The notes under the pieces: generated by a model
The model's database searches: none
The model's input: the letters and a program-made list of their open reading frames with translations, nothing else
Told to the model about the DNA's origin: nothing
In this document: in pieces, positions 35,474 through 48,996 of the stretch
How the letters are laid out: every line of letters begins with the position of its first letter
How positions within the stretch are numbered: position 1 is the first letter of the stretch
Made by a program: the position numbers and the translations under genes
Source of the DNA: Cystobasidiomycetes sp. EMM_F5
Taxonomy: Eukaryota
Direction: 5' to 3'
Assembly: GCA_051047955.1 (NCBI GenBank)
Contig: JBPGPT010000001.1
Location: 1 to 64,000 of the forward strand
DNA length: 64,000 nt

Positions 35474-38243
35474 TCACGACTGTGCGACGCGACGGCCCTG
35501 TTCGTCCACCTTGGTGGTCGATTGCCGATGAAGTGCGAGCTTTCCTGCCAAGGATTGGCGTGTCGTGCTCGGGCGGAGTCCTCTGGCGGAGCCAGTAGTG
35601 ATAGATCCGGATGCGAGATTGCTATTGGACTGTCTGCGTGTGATTGATCCAGCTCCAGACATGCCCGCAACTGCCTGCGCTGCCACCATGGCTCGAAGTC
35701 CCATCGAGGCCTTCTTCTTCAAAAATGGCGACGGAAGACTGTCTTCGTCCTCTAGATTGTACCTCGGTGCCACGTTCGGCAATGCTGCAGCCAATGAGGC
35801 CAGAGACGCCGTCGAAGTAGCCGCGGGGATAGAAGGGGGAGCCGTCGCGGTCCGTGACATAGGTTGCGGCCGCTTCGACGGACTTACAGAAGTGGTAGCC
35901 AGCGAAGCTGAGCTGTCACTCCGCCTGGTGTGCATTGCAAACCCCTCTGGCAAAGTAGCAGTAGACATTGGTCTGGCTGGAGGAGCTTGGGTAAAATTGA
36001 AGCTAGGAACAGTTGCCGATGATGGGCCATTCTGGCGAGACCCTGCAAGAGATGAAGGCGGCGCTCGCATTGTGGGAGAATCGTTGCGAGATCCTCCCGA
36101 GGATTTCAAGTTGTGCATCGACTTGCTCGATGCAATACCCCGCTTACGGCCATCCGTAGCGGGTGTATTGACGCCATTCTTAATCGGTGTCTCACCGTCT
36201 ACGGCCATCACATTCTGCAAGCTCTGGACAGAATATCGTTTAGTAAGGCCGTGCGAGTTGCTGCTCAGGCTGTCATGCAGAGAAAATCAGGATGGATACT
36301 CTAGCGACATTGTCTGAACTTACGTTGACGCTCTGCGCTCCTCCAGCGGCCGTCGCGGCACCAAACTTGGTCGACTGCTCATTCGTGACAGAGTTTTTGA
36401 AGCGCCGGGTTCATGATGCATGTCGACTGGTGATCCGATGCTCTGAGCAGAATTCTCCTTCTGATCAACCATTGGCGAAGTATCGCGGCTGGAAAGGCCA
36501 GATGATGTTCCGCTGGTGCTGAAGCCACTAGATGACGATGATTGATACGTGACAGTTGTACTAGCAAAGGCTTGCGCCAGTCTGACGCGCTCTTGCTGAA
36601 GCTCAGCTCGCTCTGTTTCCAGATCTCGCTCTCTCGTAATCAGTACACGCTCTCTTTCGAGCACTGCCGTCTCTCTTGCAACCAGCTGCGCGATTCGGAC
36701 CTTTATCTCCTCGTGCATTCGCCCGAGCTGCATAATACGTAATTGCAGCTTGACTTCGTCAAGGTTCTTGATCTGCTCTATGTTTGGACGCTGCTTCGGC
36801 TGTTGGTGCGGACATCAGCGTTGTTGCGGGTCAAAGAAGCTCAGAATCTCACATCCTGACGCAGCATGAGCTTTACGATTGTCTGCAGATTCTGCGAATA
36901 CCGACCAGGTAAATTCGGGATACGGCCGTCCCGGATCAATTTTGTTAATTCTGCTTGAGTACGGGCTTCGTGAAATGGAGGACTAGTAGGGGTCTCGATT
37001 TAGACATGCTTCAGTCATAGCCACGGTAGACTCACTGCCAAGCGCATAATTCGAAGATCAGGCAGCCAAGTGCCCATATATCGGATCTTTGCACGAGGGC
37101 ATTAGCTACAGGCTGATCTTCGAAAAGCCATGTGCTCCTTACTTGTTATCATATGCCTGACCATTGATCAGTTCGGGTGACATATAGTATGGCGTACCAA
37201 CATATGTATTGGTAAAGGCCGCCGATGCCATCGCCTTGGACAATCCGAAATCGCCTAGCTTGATCTGGTTATCCTTGTCGAGAAATACATTCTCTGGCTT
37301 AATATCGCGATGCAGAATCACCTGCTTTGTACGGCCATGCTTGTCCTGCTCGGCATGGCAGTCTGATAATGCCATGGCGATCTGAGCGAGATACAACCAG
37401 ACCGTGTCTTCGTGAAGCAGAACACTGGAGGCGCTAGTCAGCGTTCTGCCCTCGAATGTCATGGCGCAGACTTACTTCTTGCGGCGACAGCGCTGGATCT
37501 GCGCAGCCAAGTCACCGTTATGGCAGTATTCCATGATGATGTGAAGTCTGAAGCTCTGACGGTCGACATATCGCTCATAATATCGGACAATGTTTTCGTT
37601 TGGCTCGAGATTTTGAAGGATATTTCTGCAAGGTTCCATCAAGTCAGAACACCGGCCGAATGGAGAGTATACCTTCACCTACACTTCTTCGCTGAGTTGT
37701 TTCAGATCTCTCTCATCCATGCGGCCATAGTCAAGCTCCTGTCAATTGTCGTATTGTCAGTCTCAAGCGCACGTGGCTCATCGCCTTGATGCATACTTTT
37801 CGAGCCAAGACCTGGTAATCCGTACTTCTTGGTTAGCTGAACATACTGTACGTGCAGTAGACTTTGACGCACAAGACCATCACTCTTCCGTGTTACCTTC
37901 ACAAGGAGAAAACGGCCAAGTCAGTGGCCGAGTAGTACCTTTGCCACCAGATGCATACCTTTCGAATGATACCAAACGTGCCCGTTCCGATGACTTCTCC
38001 AACCTCGTACATGTCGTTCATCGTAGCTATTGATCCTTGACCATTGTACGAAGAAGACTGCTGTACCATGGGAACAGAAGGAGGCGGGGCTGTCGCATTG
38101 ACGGGAGAGGTAGCGGTTGTTGTGGTCGTCGCTGGCGCAGAATATGGCGGATTGGGAATAGCAGCTGATGTAGCGTTTGCGATGGTACCGTTCTGTACAA
38201 AGCTGGGCTTGCGAGCCAGGGTTGGCACTGAAGCCGACGACAT
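35474..38243 (-). CDS. NimA/NEK2-family Ser/Thr kinase
   Basis: IGTGTFGIIRKV, NIVRYYER, MEYC, HRDIKPENVFL, KLGDFGLSK, YVGTPYYMSPE; coiled coil and LPSPFLKK tail. Confidence 0.9.
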
Positions 38244-39767
38244 GGCGGCGGGCGCCTCACTCAACGCAGACTGTGATGTTTCGCGAAGGCGGCGTGGCTA
38301 ACAAGGCGAAGCACCAGAGGTACTTTAGCCAAAAGAGTCACTTGTAGAGTACCGCAGAGTGCAGCCGCAGTGTTTAAAATGGCCGGGCTGCGGCAGGAGT
38401 TAGGCGTAGAATCTTGCGATGCCAACGCGGAAAGGGTCGAGCAGCGCAAGGGCGGGCTATATCGTTGACGAATGGTGTTAAATCAGGCAGTGTTGCTGCC
38501 GCAGTATTGCTGCTGACTGCTGTCCCGTATGGTGACTGGTGTACAAGCCTGCTCGATAGGGCCCTTCAATCAACAATCCCAGCCAAACGAAATTCGATCG
38601 GGATTTGCGGATGGCAGGCAAGATCACGCGTCACTGCGGAAAAGTAGTCGCGTCAAGTGTAGATTGATGTCGGAGTCATCAAAAGGCTCGATAGAGATGT
38701 AGTCACAACAGTAGACCATCTTAGGTCGTCATACGATACCTGACCGCGGCCGTAGATGCACAAAGCAAGCCTTCCCGGTTCACATGGCCGGCAGCGGAAT
38801 GCCTATATAGGTTAACAATCTTCTTTACATCAGCACTTACAGATGTCGCAAGATATTGAGCAATCTCTCTAAAACGCTCTCTGCTCGCAAGGCTACGAAG
38901 GTATTGCCTTTCATCGCGGACTGAACCGCCATTCTGTGACGGAGTACATATACAGTAACTTGCGATAATGGCATGGCATGAACACCACAAGCAGCACCTG
39001 GAAATAGGGCATCCCTTTGATTGAATCGTTCGATACGTAGCAGTACTTCAGTCGCTTGGGGCACGAAGCGTCTTTGTCATTTTGATATGAACTTCGGTAT
39101 TCTCGGATGGGCATGCGTTAAGAAGTGTGATGTTTTGCATTGGTGGCATTAATGCACGGGTGACAGTGTCCACACAACTCGAGTCTATTCCGCCCTCGCA
39201 CCCAGACTGATGAGAAGTTGGATACATAGTCTGGGTTGCGCCGTCCAGATTCTGGACCACCACCCCTTCTGCTGCGAGACGTTGCCCTGACTTTATCGTT
39301 GTCTGGCTCGGGATACGAGAGGTGAGGAGGTCTGCGCGAGAAACTGGATCTACGTATGTGTGCTATGTTCAGCATTGATGTACTGGGCCGTGCAGTATTG
39401 GTCCTTAACATCCCGTCAGAAATTCGAAGAATCCCAATGCGCCGTTGAGTCACACAACAACCTACAAAATAGGTTGTGAGGTGTCAGGCTCAGAGCTGAG
39501 ATTAGCTCAGAGATGGTCGACCCGTTTTTATTTGAGACAAGCAGGCTGTGTGTGTGATAGAGAAAGAGATCTGGTCGCGCGAGCTTGCATGCATCAGCAA
39601 TGAGCATTCGACAACCTAAGTCTGTTGGTATCAGTATCCGAATAGCAGTTCTGCCCTTGTATCGTTCTTGACCATGTTCGCGAACCGTCTTTTGCGCCAC
39701 TCGGAATCAGTAGGACCGAGAAACGTCGAGTTGGCCTTTTGACCCAGAGCCACTCACTTGCGCAACG

Positions 39768-40154
39768 ATGCTGCAAACATCGATGAGACATGTCATACGA
39801 TCCCGTGCGGTAACACATCGCAGCGTCTCGACAACATCGCTTCGTTTCTCGTCACATTTCGGACATCGTCCTGCGCCACCTCGTCTACCTCCACACCTGC
39901 AGAAGGAATTCGAAGAATTGCAACGACAGGCTTCTACACCCTTAGCCACGCCAACACTCTCCACCACAGGAGTCGCTGCGTCGAATGTATCGTCCAATCA
40001 AGAGATGGACCTGCACCCAGATCTCAGAAGCAAGCCTAAGGCCGAGTTTGATGGAGACGTCAACCCCAATACCGGCGAGGTCGGTGGGCCAAAGAATAAT
40101 CCGCTGAATTACGAGAAAGAGTGGACGTACGGCGGGAGGGCAACCGACTTTTGA
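39768..40154 (+). CDS. SDHAF4: Succinate dehydrogenase assembly factor 4 (Sdh8, DUF1674)
   Basis: Mitochondrial presequence-like start; GDVNPNTGEVGGPK...WTYGGRATDF*. Confidence 0.92.
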   Translation: MLQTSMRHVIRSRAVTHRSVSTTSLRFSSHFGHRPAPPRLPPHLQKEFEELQRQASTPLATPTLSTTGVAASNVSSNQEMDLHPDLRSKPKAEFDGDVNPNTGEVGGPKNNPLNYEKEWTYGGRATDF

Positions 40155-40439
40155 GCGGTTAGCGAATCATTGGCTACTTCCTTGATGAACAACGTAAGTA
40201 CGACAACGCAGACTCAATAGCCGCATGTGTTGACGATCATACGACAGATCAAGCTGTAGATGGACGCGCAGAGTCTCTACTGTCTAGGCAATCCCCTATT
40301 CTCATAATTGTATGAAGACCCAAACTCAGATGCGCCAATCATCGCATTGTGACAATGCAACAAACCGACATACCCTCCATTATGTACCTTTCTCTACGAA
40401 CATTTGGCTCGCCTTCTCGACAAGATTACGCTCACCGAT

Positions 40440-41743
40440 TTACTGTACTTTCACTACGACCTTCTTTGCGGAAACCCCATCGGCAAGCGTCTCCAGAGCT
40501 TTCTCGATCTGTCAGCCAGAGAGATTCGCCACGTTAGCTCGACTCATGTACTGATCGTAGTGGACCTACGTAATGGAGACCCTCTCCTACGATCAGTGGT
40601 TCCGGGACGGCCTTCAGTAGCCCGGTCTCAAGAGCTTTCGGACAGTATTCTTGCCAAATATAGTGTGCCACGTCTTTCCGACTCGGATCAGTAAACATAG
40701 TTGCCGCAGGTCCAAGCAGCACCAATTCCACGCCATCTGGCAATGTGTCAGGAGCAGGAGGAACGCTAGCCACGCGTTTGGTATTGCTTGGCGAGTCGGC
40801 GAAAGCGACGACGACTTGCCCACAGATAGTGCCAGCAGGTTTGTTTGCGATAGTGTTGTATGCTCCGACTAGATCTAGTTGTGCTTCTTTCAGTGTTGTG
40901 ATGATATCCTTCGAAACGGTCGTTGAAGAATGATTAAAGGTGTATTCTGCGCCTAGAGATTTCACAAACGCATTGTTTCGCGGTGAGCACGTAGTGGCCA
41001 CTCTGATTCCCGATGCAACGGCCATTTGTATGACGACTGCTCCGACAGAGGAAGAGCCGCCCCACACCAGGAGGACTTTATTGGAGAGTTTGGGTAAAGA
41101 TTGATATTGTGGCAGAGGTAGGTTGAGCTGATTCTTCATGTACATACCAACAGCTGCCGTTGATATGGCAAGAGGTAGAACGACTGCTTCCTCCAGCGAG
41201 ACTGCCTCTGGTATGCGACAGACTGCGGGGGCGAGCGCGACTGTGTATTCCTGGAAGGCACCCTCTGCATGATTCTGGGACACGACTCCCATGACGTGAC
41301 TGATAAGATGTAGAGGGTTGTATACGGGAACATGCTTAGAAACGGTGCGGCCGGACATAGCTTGTGTGAAAAACGTACGCCATGACTCTGTCTCCAACGT
41401 TCACGTTGGTAACTCCATCTCCGACCTCCTCGACGGTTCCCGAGACGTTCTGTCCAATAATGTTGGGATACACGGTCACCCTTGTGCCGTGCTTTGCAAT
41501 CATATTGTCGGCTAGATGTGGATCAGTCAGGCGAAAGATGGACAGGTCAGGTCAGTTGCTTTTGCGTTGGACTATACGCACGAAGCCGTCTGATGATGGA
41601 CGTCACTCACCAGGATTCATCGCGCAGTACGCTACCTTTACGACAGCCTGACCCGGTCCTGGTCGGGTATATGGTGCTTCTCGAACGACCAGCGGGAGCT
41701 GCTGCTTTGCCTCAATCCAGGCGGCATGGTTTACGGGGGCCAT
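40440..41743 (-). CDS. MDR-family NAD(P)H oxidoreductase (enoyl reductase/CipB-like)
   Basis: NHAAW...VKVAYCAMNP, GAFQEY, LPLAISTAA, LVWGGSSSVG, GVSAKKVVV. Confidence 0.88.
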
Positions 41744-42246
41744 GTTGATGGAGTGAGTGTGTATGTGATGTGTATGTTGCTTATGAGCCAGCCTGGTATC
41801 GAGAGAATGTATGGGCTGGTGAAGCCGATGATTTGCGGCACGTGACTGAATGCAGCTCCGCAAAGATGCAGCTGCACTTTGACCGGGCAAGGCAGAGACG
41901 ACCTTTGACTTGAGCATTCTGAGACTTGTGAAGCATTGGACAGCTATCATGCATGCTGAGTAGACAGTACTCGGCTGCTAATCGTCCTTCTGCCCAGCTG
42001 GCCATTACGAAAGTCGATCGCCCTCCCAAAAGACGCTCGCTTGCAGAGCAACATGCACGTTTGAGTGCAGCCCTGGTAGCAGCTTAGTGCAGCTCATTTG
42101 CCTGGCAAGCGACGCTGCAACTGCTAAGACACTGTCTGCGCTGGGTCTGCATTCGACAGCTCAGTCTACGCCCTGCTGGATTTGGGTTGGGTCGCCTCAA
42201 CATCCTCGGTAGCCGGAGCGCAACGAGCTCGAGCCGCAACAGCATA

Positions 42247-45200
42247 ATGGTCGCAGCAAATGGCATAAAGCAAAAGTTGAGCGACGAGTCTCATGCACCG
42301 GCATGGCAGGAGGACGAGTGCGTGCATCCCTACGTAACCCAGGCTCGGACTTGTCGCTGAATTGCCATTCAATGCATTCCTGCGGCACTGACGAAAACGT
42401 AATAGATGGGAACCGCCTGAGCCTACGGGACATCTGATGCCTTTGGAGGAGCTGAGAAACAAGATTAGTGCGGCAACGACGACCCACAACAAGAAGGGTT
42501 ACTTCAAGGTATCTGGTCGCACAATGTAGGTTGCGACATTGAGTGAGGTCAATCCCGCCCGCATCACCGCTAACGCGTACATTCCTACAGAGTCGTATGT
42601 CATACTCTGCCATACACGTGCAGCTACGTCAACCAGACCTCTTCTGCCGAGCTGCAACTCAGTCAAGGCACAAGCGGGGAACATTCAAACCTGACGGCAA
42701 TTGACGTTCAGCCTGAACCGGGCGTAGCATCACTACACGAGCCGACTCTAAATGACACAAGCAAAGCTCCGTCATCTCTAGATGTTCGCGCTCCGCCAGT
42801 GCGTAAAGACACCCCGAGCCAGATCTATGACGTACAATCTAGGGATAAACAAATGTCACCACCGGCCGATGGGCAGTCAAGATGGGTTCTCTCGCCACGT
42901 AGAGTACATGCTGCTCTCAACAGCGGCATCAAGAGTTTGGCGGAAAATGACAGGATTGTGGTCGTCGGCTGGCCAGGCGATGTTAGAGATCCAAAAGGCG
43001 AGAAGATTGGAGTGGATGCACTCAAGGACGAGCAAAGAAATGAGCTCGAACAGGGCTTCGAACGTCTGTCGGGTATTGATCAGTCCAAAGGCGTACAGTG
43101 TGTCCCTGTGTGGGTAAATGACCAGGTCAGTGCAAGTTCGCTTTGATAGCTGTATGGGATGTTCACACTGAATACCTATCTATATGTTTCCCATCTACAG
43201 ACATCCAATGGCTTTTACAACGACTACTGCAAGACATTTCTCTGGCCTACCTTTCACTACCTTGGCCTGACGGATCATCAGGAATCGGAAAAGGAAGCCA
43301 AAGCATGGAAGGCATACGTCGATGCCAATCGCGCCTATGCCGATCGCGTATCTGATGTATACAAAGAAGGCGATATCGTGAGTAGCCCGACCAATGTCTG
43401 GACCAAACGCCTCACTAAGGTTAGAACCTCGCAGATCTGGGTCCAAGATTATCATTTGCTTCTCGTCCCAAAGATGCTGAGAGAAAAGATACCCAATGCG
43501 GCCATCGGACTCTTCCTTCACTCTCCTTTCCCATCAAGCGAATTCTTCAGATGTCTACCCCGTCGCGAAACGATACTCAACGGCATGCTCGGAGCAAATC
43601 TCTGCTGTTTCCAGACCTACTCGTACGGCCGGCATTTCATATCTTCATGCGTGCGTGTATGCGGCTACGAGGCATTAGAAGGTGGCATCGGAGTCGATGC
43701 CAAAGGCAACATAACAAATATCGCCTACTGTCCTATCGGTATTGATAGTGATCATATCGAGGCCGACAGAGCTAGCAAGTCCGTCTTGCCGAAAATTGAG
43801 GCACTGAGGCAGCTCTACAAGGGCAAGAAGATTATTGTCGGGAGGGATAAACTAGATTCGACGAAGGGAGTCCTTCCAAAACTAGAGGCATTCGAATCTT
43901 TCCTCAGCTTTTACCCCGAGTGGATAGGCAAGGTCGTAATGATTCAAGTCACGACACCGACAGCAAATGACTCTCCCCAAGTCGCTCGCAAGATCTCGAG
44001 ACTGGTCGACCATATTAACGTAAGCAATGCGGAACCTGTTCGGAAATATGCTAGGCTAATGGCGACGAGATGTACAGGGAACATATGGCAATTTGTCGTT
44101 TGCCCCTCTACACCACTATCATCAAGTCATTGATCGCGACGAATACTTTGCCCTCCTCACCGTCGCTGATCTCGCTCTCATCACTTCGATCCGAGACGGT
44201 ATGAACACTACAAGCATGGAGTATGTCTTATGTCAGAACGAATCGCACAACCCCCTCATACTGTCCGAGTTTACTGGAGTGACCGGTTCGATGAAGTCGG
44301 CCATCAAGGTCAACCCTTGGGATGCGCACGGTTGTGCCAGAGCAATCGACCAATGCTTGAGAATGGGAGCGGAAGAGAAGGCTACACGGCATGCTCAGCT
44401 GTATAAGCGTGTGACCACGCAAACGGCTGCAGTATGGGCGCATACTTTGGTCCTTCGGCTCTTACAGTCCTTGAAGCACGATCCGGCCAGCGATATGACA
44501 CCTCGTCTTGATCTTGACAATATCAAGCAGAGATATGCCGCGTCTAAAAAGCGTCTACTCATGTTTGACTATGATGGCACCCTCACCCCCATCGTGAAAA
44601 CACCTTCCGCAGCAGTACCTTCCCAAAGTCTTCTCAAATCACTCGAAACGCTTGCGGCGGACCCTAAAAACATACTATACATTATTTCGGGTCGAGACGG
44701 GGATTTCTTGTTACAACACCTTGGTCATATAAAGGGAATAGGTTTCTCTGCAGAACACGGCAGCTTCCTTCGTGAACCAGAAGATACTGAATGGAAAAAT
44801 CTGACCGAACATATTGATATGAGCTGGAAGGCCGACGTCGAAGAAATCTTTAGATGTAAGTTACGATCGGTGTTTCCTACCTGATACTGCTCATAATCTG
44901 ACATCCTTGCCGTTATAGACTACGAAGCTAGAACTACTGGTTCATTCGTTGAGAAGAAGAAAGCCAGTGTCACGTTTCACTATCGAAATGCCGATCCGGA
45001 GTATGGCGAATTCCAGGCGAAGGAGTGCCAAGCTTTGCTCGACAATATGGTTGGCAAGTTGCCAATCGATGTCATTGTTGGCAAAAAGAATCTGGAAGTT
45101 CGGCCTGCACACACGCACAAGGGCGAGATTGTACGAAGACTATCATACCAGCATGCCGATGCCGACTTCCTGATATGTGCCGGAGACGACAAGACCGATG

Positions 45201-45568
45201 AAGATATGTTCCGGACAATCTTTGCGATCGAAAGCGCCGAAGCGACAGAAGGCGATGGCAGCCTGATGGTCACTCCTCCGCCATCACTGACACTGTTCCC
45301 GAGTCTTGCACAGACGATCACCCTACCAGAGTCTGCTGTTGCCCGCCAGCATCGTCGGTCTTCCTCTACGCCTCGTGTAGACAGCGTCACTGGTCAATTG
45401 GGGGTCAATCCACTGCCGCCACTTAAGAGCAATCTCACTATAGATGGCTTATTCTCAATAGCTGTCATTCCCGCCGCATCCCGCAAGACTATCGCCAGGT
45501 GGTTTCTGGAGGAGCCGAGAGATCTGCTGCAACTACTTGAGCAACTGAGCACGCTGAGCCAACAGTAA
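42247..45568 (+). CDS. TPS2: Trehalose-6-phosphate phosphatase subunit (GT20 + HAD)
   Basis: Spliced N-terminus SGRTIVVCHTLP; LWPTFHY, WVQDYHL, RDGMN, HAD motif FDYDGTL, AGDDKTDEDMF. Confidence 0.93.
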
Positions 45569-45847
45569 CAGTATTACGAGACATTCTTTCAAAAGACTAC
45601 TAGATTACGGAAGGGCCTCAGGCGAGGCTCCTGGCACCTAGATGATACGATCTTATGTATGAGTTGTGCATGTTGTACTGAGCAACTTACGGAGATGCTT
45701 TGAGCGCCTATCGCAAACGGAGGAGACTTTTATGAATAACGTCATTCTGGTATTTCCAAGTATGGTAGCTTGCAGTCCAGGCCGACATGCGATGTTTATC
45801 TAGATTGACATCTGACCGACGTCGACCCTGTCAAGTCATACAAAGTC

Positions 45848-46315
45848 ATGTCTGCACCCAATACGACCGAATCTGCCACGGGAAGCGAGCAGCGTGAGTC
45901 AATTGCGGAGAACGCTGAACCTCCCTTTACGGTCTGAATTCGTCACGCTCCACAGCCGGCTTCGTCCAGCAAGCCAAGGGCTACGCTAAGCAATTTGCGG
46001 GACAGGCATTTGGTAAACCACACGAGGTAGCGCAGGTGAGTGGTGCACACCAGCCCGGATAGCTTTCCAGATCTCGTCTGACTCTAGGCTCTCAGGGAAA
46101 GGCGGTTCGAGAGGTAAGAAGCTTTCCGATAGCAGGAGATCATTGAAGGCTGAAGATACAGCAACATACAGGGTCAATTGGAACCTCACGAGGCTGTTCA
46201 GCAGATTACGCCTGAAACCCATCCTAAGGGAACCGATGTCAGTTCGACCGGTGCAAGCGGGGCAGCGCCTGGCGTTAGTCACGGCGACAATGTTGTCATC
46301 AAGCCGTCCGCATAG
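45848..46315 (+). CDS. Small (95 aa) hydrophilic four-exon protein absent from the ORF track
   Basis: Exons 45848-45893, 45956-46035, 46096-46113 and 46172-46315 with GTGAGT/GTAAGA donors and CAG acceptors splice in frame: MSAPNTTES...QQAKGYAKQFAGQAFGKPHEVAQGKAVREG...KPSA*. Confidence 0.75.
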
Positions 46316-46447
46316 ACCTAGCACGGCTCGCAAATCTGCAATGAATACCAAATTGTGATCCGGTGCGGTGTGCCGCGTAGGTTTGGGTCATAGAAAGACG
46401 TAACAACGAGCCAACAAGAACATACAGTTGCTATCAAGTGCTACTAT

Positions 46448-47121
46448 TTAATATGTACTTCGCAGTGTAGGTCCCCCTAATTGGCGGGAATTCGACAGAC
46501 TTGCCATCCCGACAAGAGCTTGCTGATGTATTCCAGGATATCGCGATCCCGGCTGCCCTGGCATGCCTTGTACTGAAGACATCACACCTTTCGCCATCGG
46601 GTGCGGCCTTTGACTCGCCATTCCATTGCCAGGGAATAGCTGATGCGAAGGCTGTTGAGAATACTGATGACCCATACCTCCTGACATAACGTTTCCACGT
46701 CCCGCTGACAGGCCACTTTGACCGGGTTTTGATCCCAGACCAGCATGCGGCTCGTTCTCGGGCCGCAAGGGTGAATGATGTTGGCTGGACATTCCTGGAT
46801 TTGCTGGATATGCGGGATTCGGTCCGCCAGCCATCTGTGTCTGCATCTGCGGATTTGGCAAGCCTTGACCGTACTGAAGCGGCATCTCTGCGCCTCCAGA
46901 GCAGCTGCAAGTAGACGAGAGGTGCGTTGAGCAAACAGGTACGGATCCCCGGTTGGCGCAACTTACAGTTTGTCCACAAGCCATCTGAAGAAAACGTCTA
47001 TTGGCGCGTTGGGCAGGTTTTGATCAGCAGGCTGATGGCCTGTGGTAGATCTATCCAGTGGCTTCCCGGAGGACCGTGCTTGTTGCTGTCTCTCTGTGCG
47101 TGCATTCGACGTTGCAGACAT
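46448..47121 (-). CDS. Hypothetical G/Q/P/M-rich low-complexity protein
   Basis: ATG 47121 MSATSNART...FFRWLVDKL spliced (GTAAGT..CAG) to CSGGAEMPLQYGQG in the 46448-46984 ORF. Confidence 0.65.
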
Positions 47122-47428
47122 TTGTTACTCTGGTAAGTGAAAGTTGGCAGAGAACTACTCAAACGCAAGGTAATGACTATTTTGACAACCAGCTCCTTTG
47201 TTTCCTGGTGCCACTAATAATGGGCTCCGGCTGCTGTCCGCGTCTGCCGCAAAGCGACACATACTCGCAGATATCCACACCAGCTGACTAAGCCATACGA
47301 CTTATGATGTAGATTTATCTTCTGTGCCGTGAGATAGAGAGACAATGCCAATATATACAGTAATCATTCAGCTTTTGCATGATTGCATGAAAGGCGCCAC
47401 TTCAGTGTTCCACTGCTCGTCTGGAAAA

Positions 47429-48637
47429 CTAGAACGTTTGCGCTATAGGAGGCATCGGCTTGAAAAAGGTGGAGTTTGGCCGTTCCGGCAGACCACCTGT
47501 GCGCGCTACAGGTGGGGCAACAGCAGGATGCGAAAGCACGCCAGAGTGAGGCCTGATCGACGGACGTTTGTCGTTGAAGATATTTTTCCTTGACTGGACA
47601 GTCTGCGGATGGGCTACTGGTACGCTGATCCGGTTCTTTGCATCACCCTTCTGCGCCGTCAGCGTCGGCGTTACTTGGGTGCCGACATCTGATGAGGAGC
47701 TACGCGGTGCAGCATCGTCTTTGCCCTTAGACTGCGTCAGTGCACGACTCATTCCCCTGTCGGAACTCGGGGCGTCGGATTCGGACTGAGTGAAGAGCGG
47801 TCTTCTCGCTGCAGACGGCTGTCGTGGTAAATTCGGTATATTCTGAAGAATAGGCTGCGTGGACGGAACGGCGTCAAACTTGCTTAAGCCGTCGCTTTTG
47901 ACGGGATTACGACTTTGCCTACTTGCGACAGCTGCTGAAACCGATGTGTTTACGCCTACCTCGCTTCCGCCGGGCCTGTTGTGTGAGCGGTTCGGTGTTG
48001 TAGAACTTGTAGGAAGCGTGGGTACGGCTGTAGTCTGGTTGGTGGGTATGTCCGGGGCCGGATGACTAGCTCGACGAGTCGAAAGCGGTCTCGTGTGAAC
48101 TGGAGGCGGAGCAACAAGCGGTGGACGTGCAGCGGAGGAGAAAGGCTGCTGCAGGGGTTGGTTGCAGCCTGGCTGGTTGAATGGCTTGTTGCCCATCTGC
48201 GGCTGAGGCATAGTACTAGGTGCATATCGTGGTCTTGCATTCGAGTTGTAAGGATCTGCGTGCGTATCCGAGAGAGGCCTTTGGGGGAGCATGCCAGGAC
48301 GTTGGGACATGGGCATCGTTGAAGGCTGAATCTGTTGAGTTGGTATGCTTGGCACAGTCATTCGTCTCGCTGCAGGGTATGGACGATTCAACGACGTAGC
48401 TGGGCCGCCTCCGCCTATTGTGGTAGACATTGGGTCGGCCTCGTCTCCACACCTACGTGTTTTGACTTAAATCAGCGAATCTCGGACGACTATGGCTGAC
48501 TTCCGCTCAAACGCCTACATGTGAGCTCCTGCGTTAGTGCATCCATCTCTGGGGCCGACGAGTATATTGCTTAATGTAGGCCAGCCGCGTCTGGGCTGTT
48601 GCGTTCCAGCCATCGCTGACGAGCTATATGTGGCCAT
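47429..48637 (-). CDS. Hypothetical P/Q/S/R-rich low-complexity protein
   Basis: MATYSSSAM...AHM spliced (GTAGGC..TAG) to CGDEADPMST and the 333-aa ORF. Confidence 0.7.
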
Positions 48638-48996
48638 GACGATGGAAAGAGCACAACAGTACGACGAGGACACCCCCCAAGACCTGTCTCTAGCTGTCAG
48701 CATAGCCCTACATAGCTTTTACGTGGCAATGATCCGGGACATGGGTGGGATGTGAAAGGGCCGGGATTTGAATCAGTCTCGAAGATGAAATGCGCTGTTA
48801 GTCAATGCCTTCATTAGCAATCTATGATTCACAATTAGTGCTCGCTGTCGCCGTTAGTTGACCATTTCTCTAGTGGCCAATGTGGGCTTCCTTTGAAATT
48901 TTGCGAGCTCCGTTCTGCGCCTGACCCCAACTCGCATTTCTGCCAAATCGTTTCCGTCAAATTACAAGAACCAGCTCATACACCACCAAGCACACC

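Noticed and set aside
39197..39240. Hammerhead ribozyme (hairpin containing CTGATGA)
   Set aside because: No stem II, GAAA or stem III elements follow the core.
45986..46351. Minus-strand 121-aa ORF with CPAC
   Set aside because: Non-ATG start and antisense to the better supported spliced plus-strand gene.
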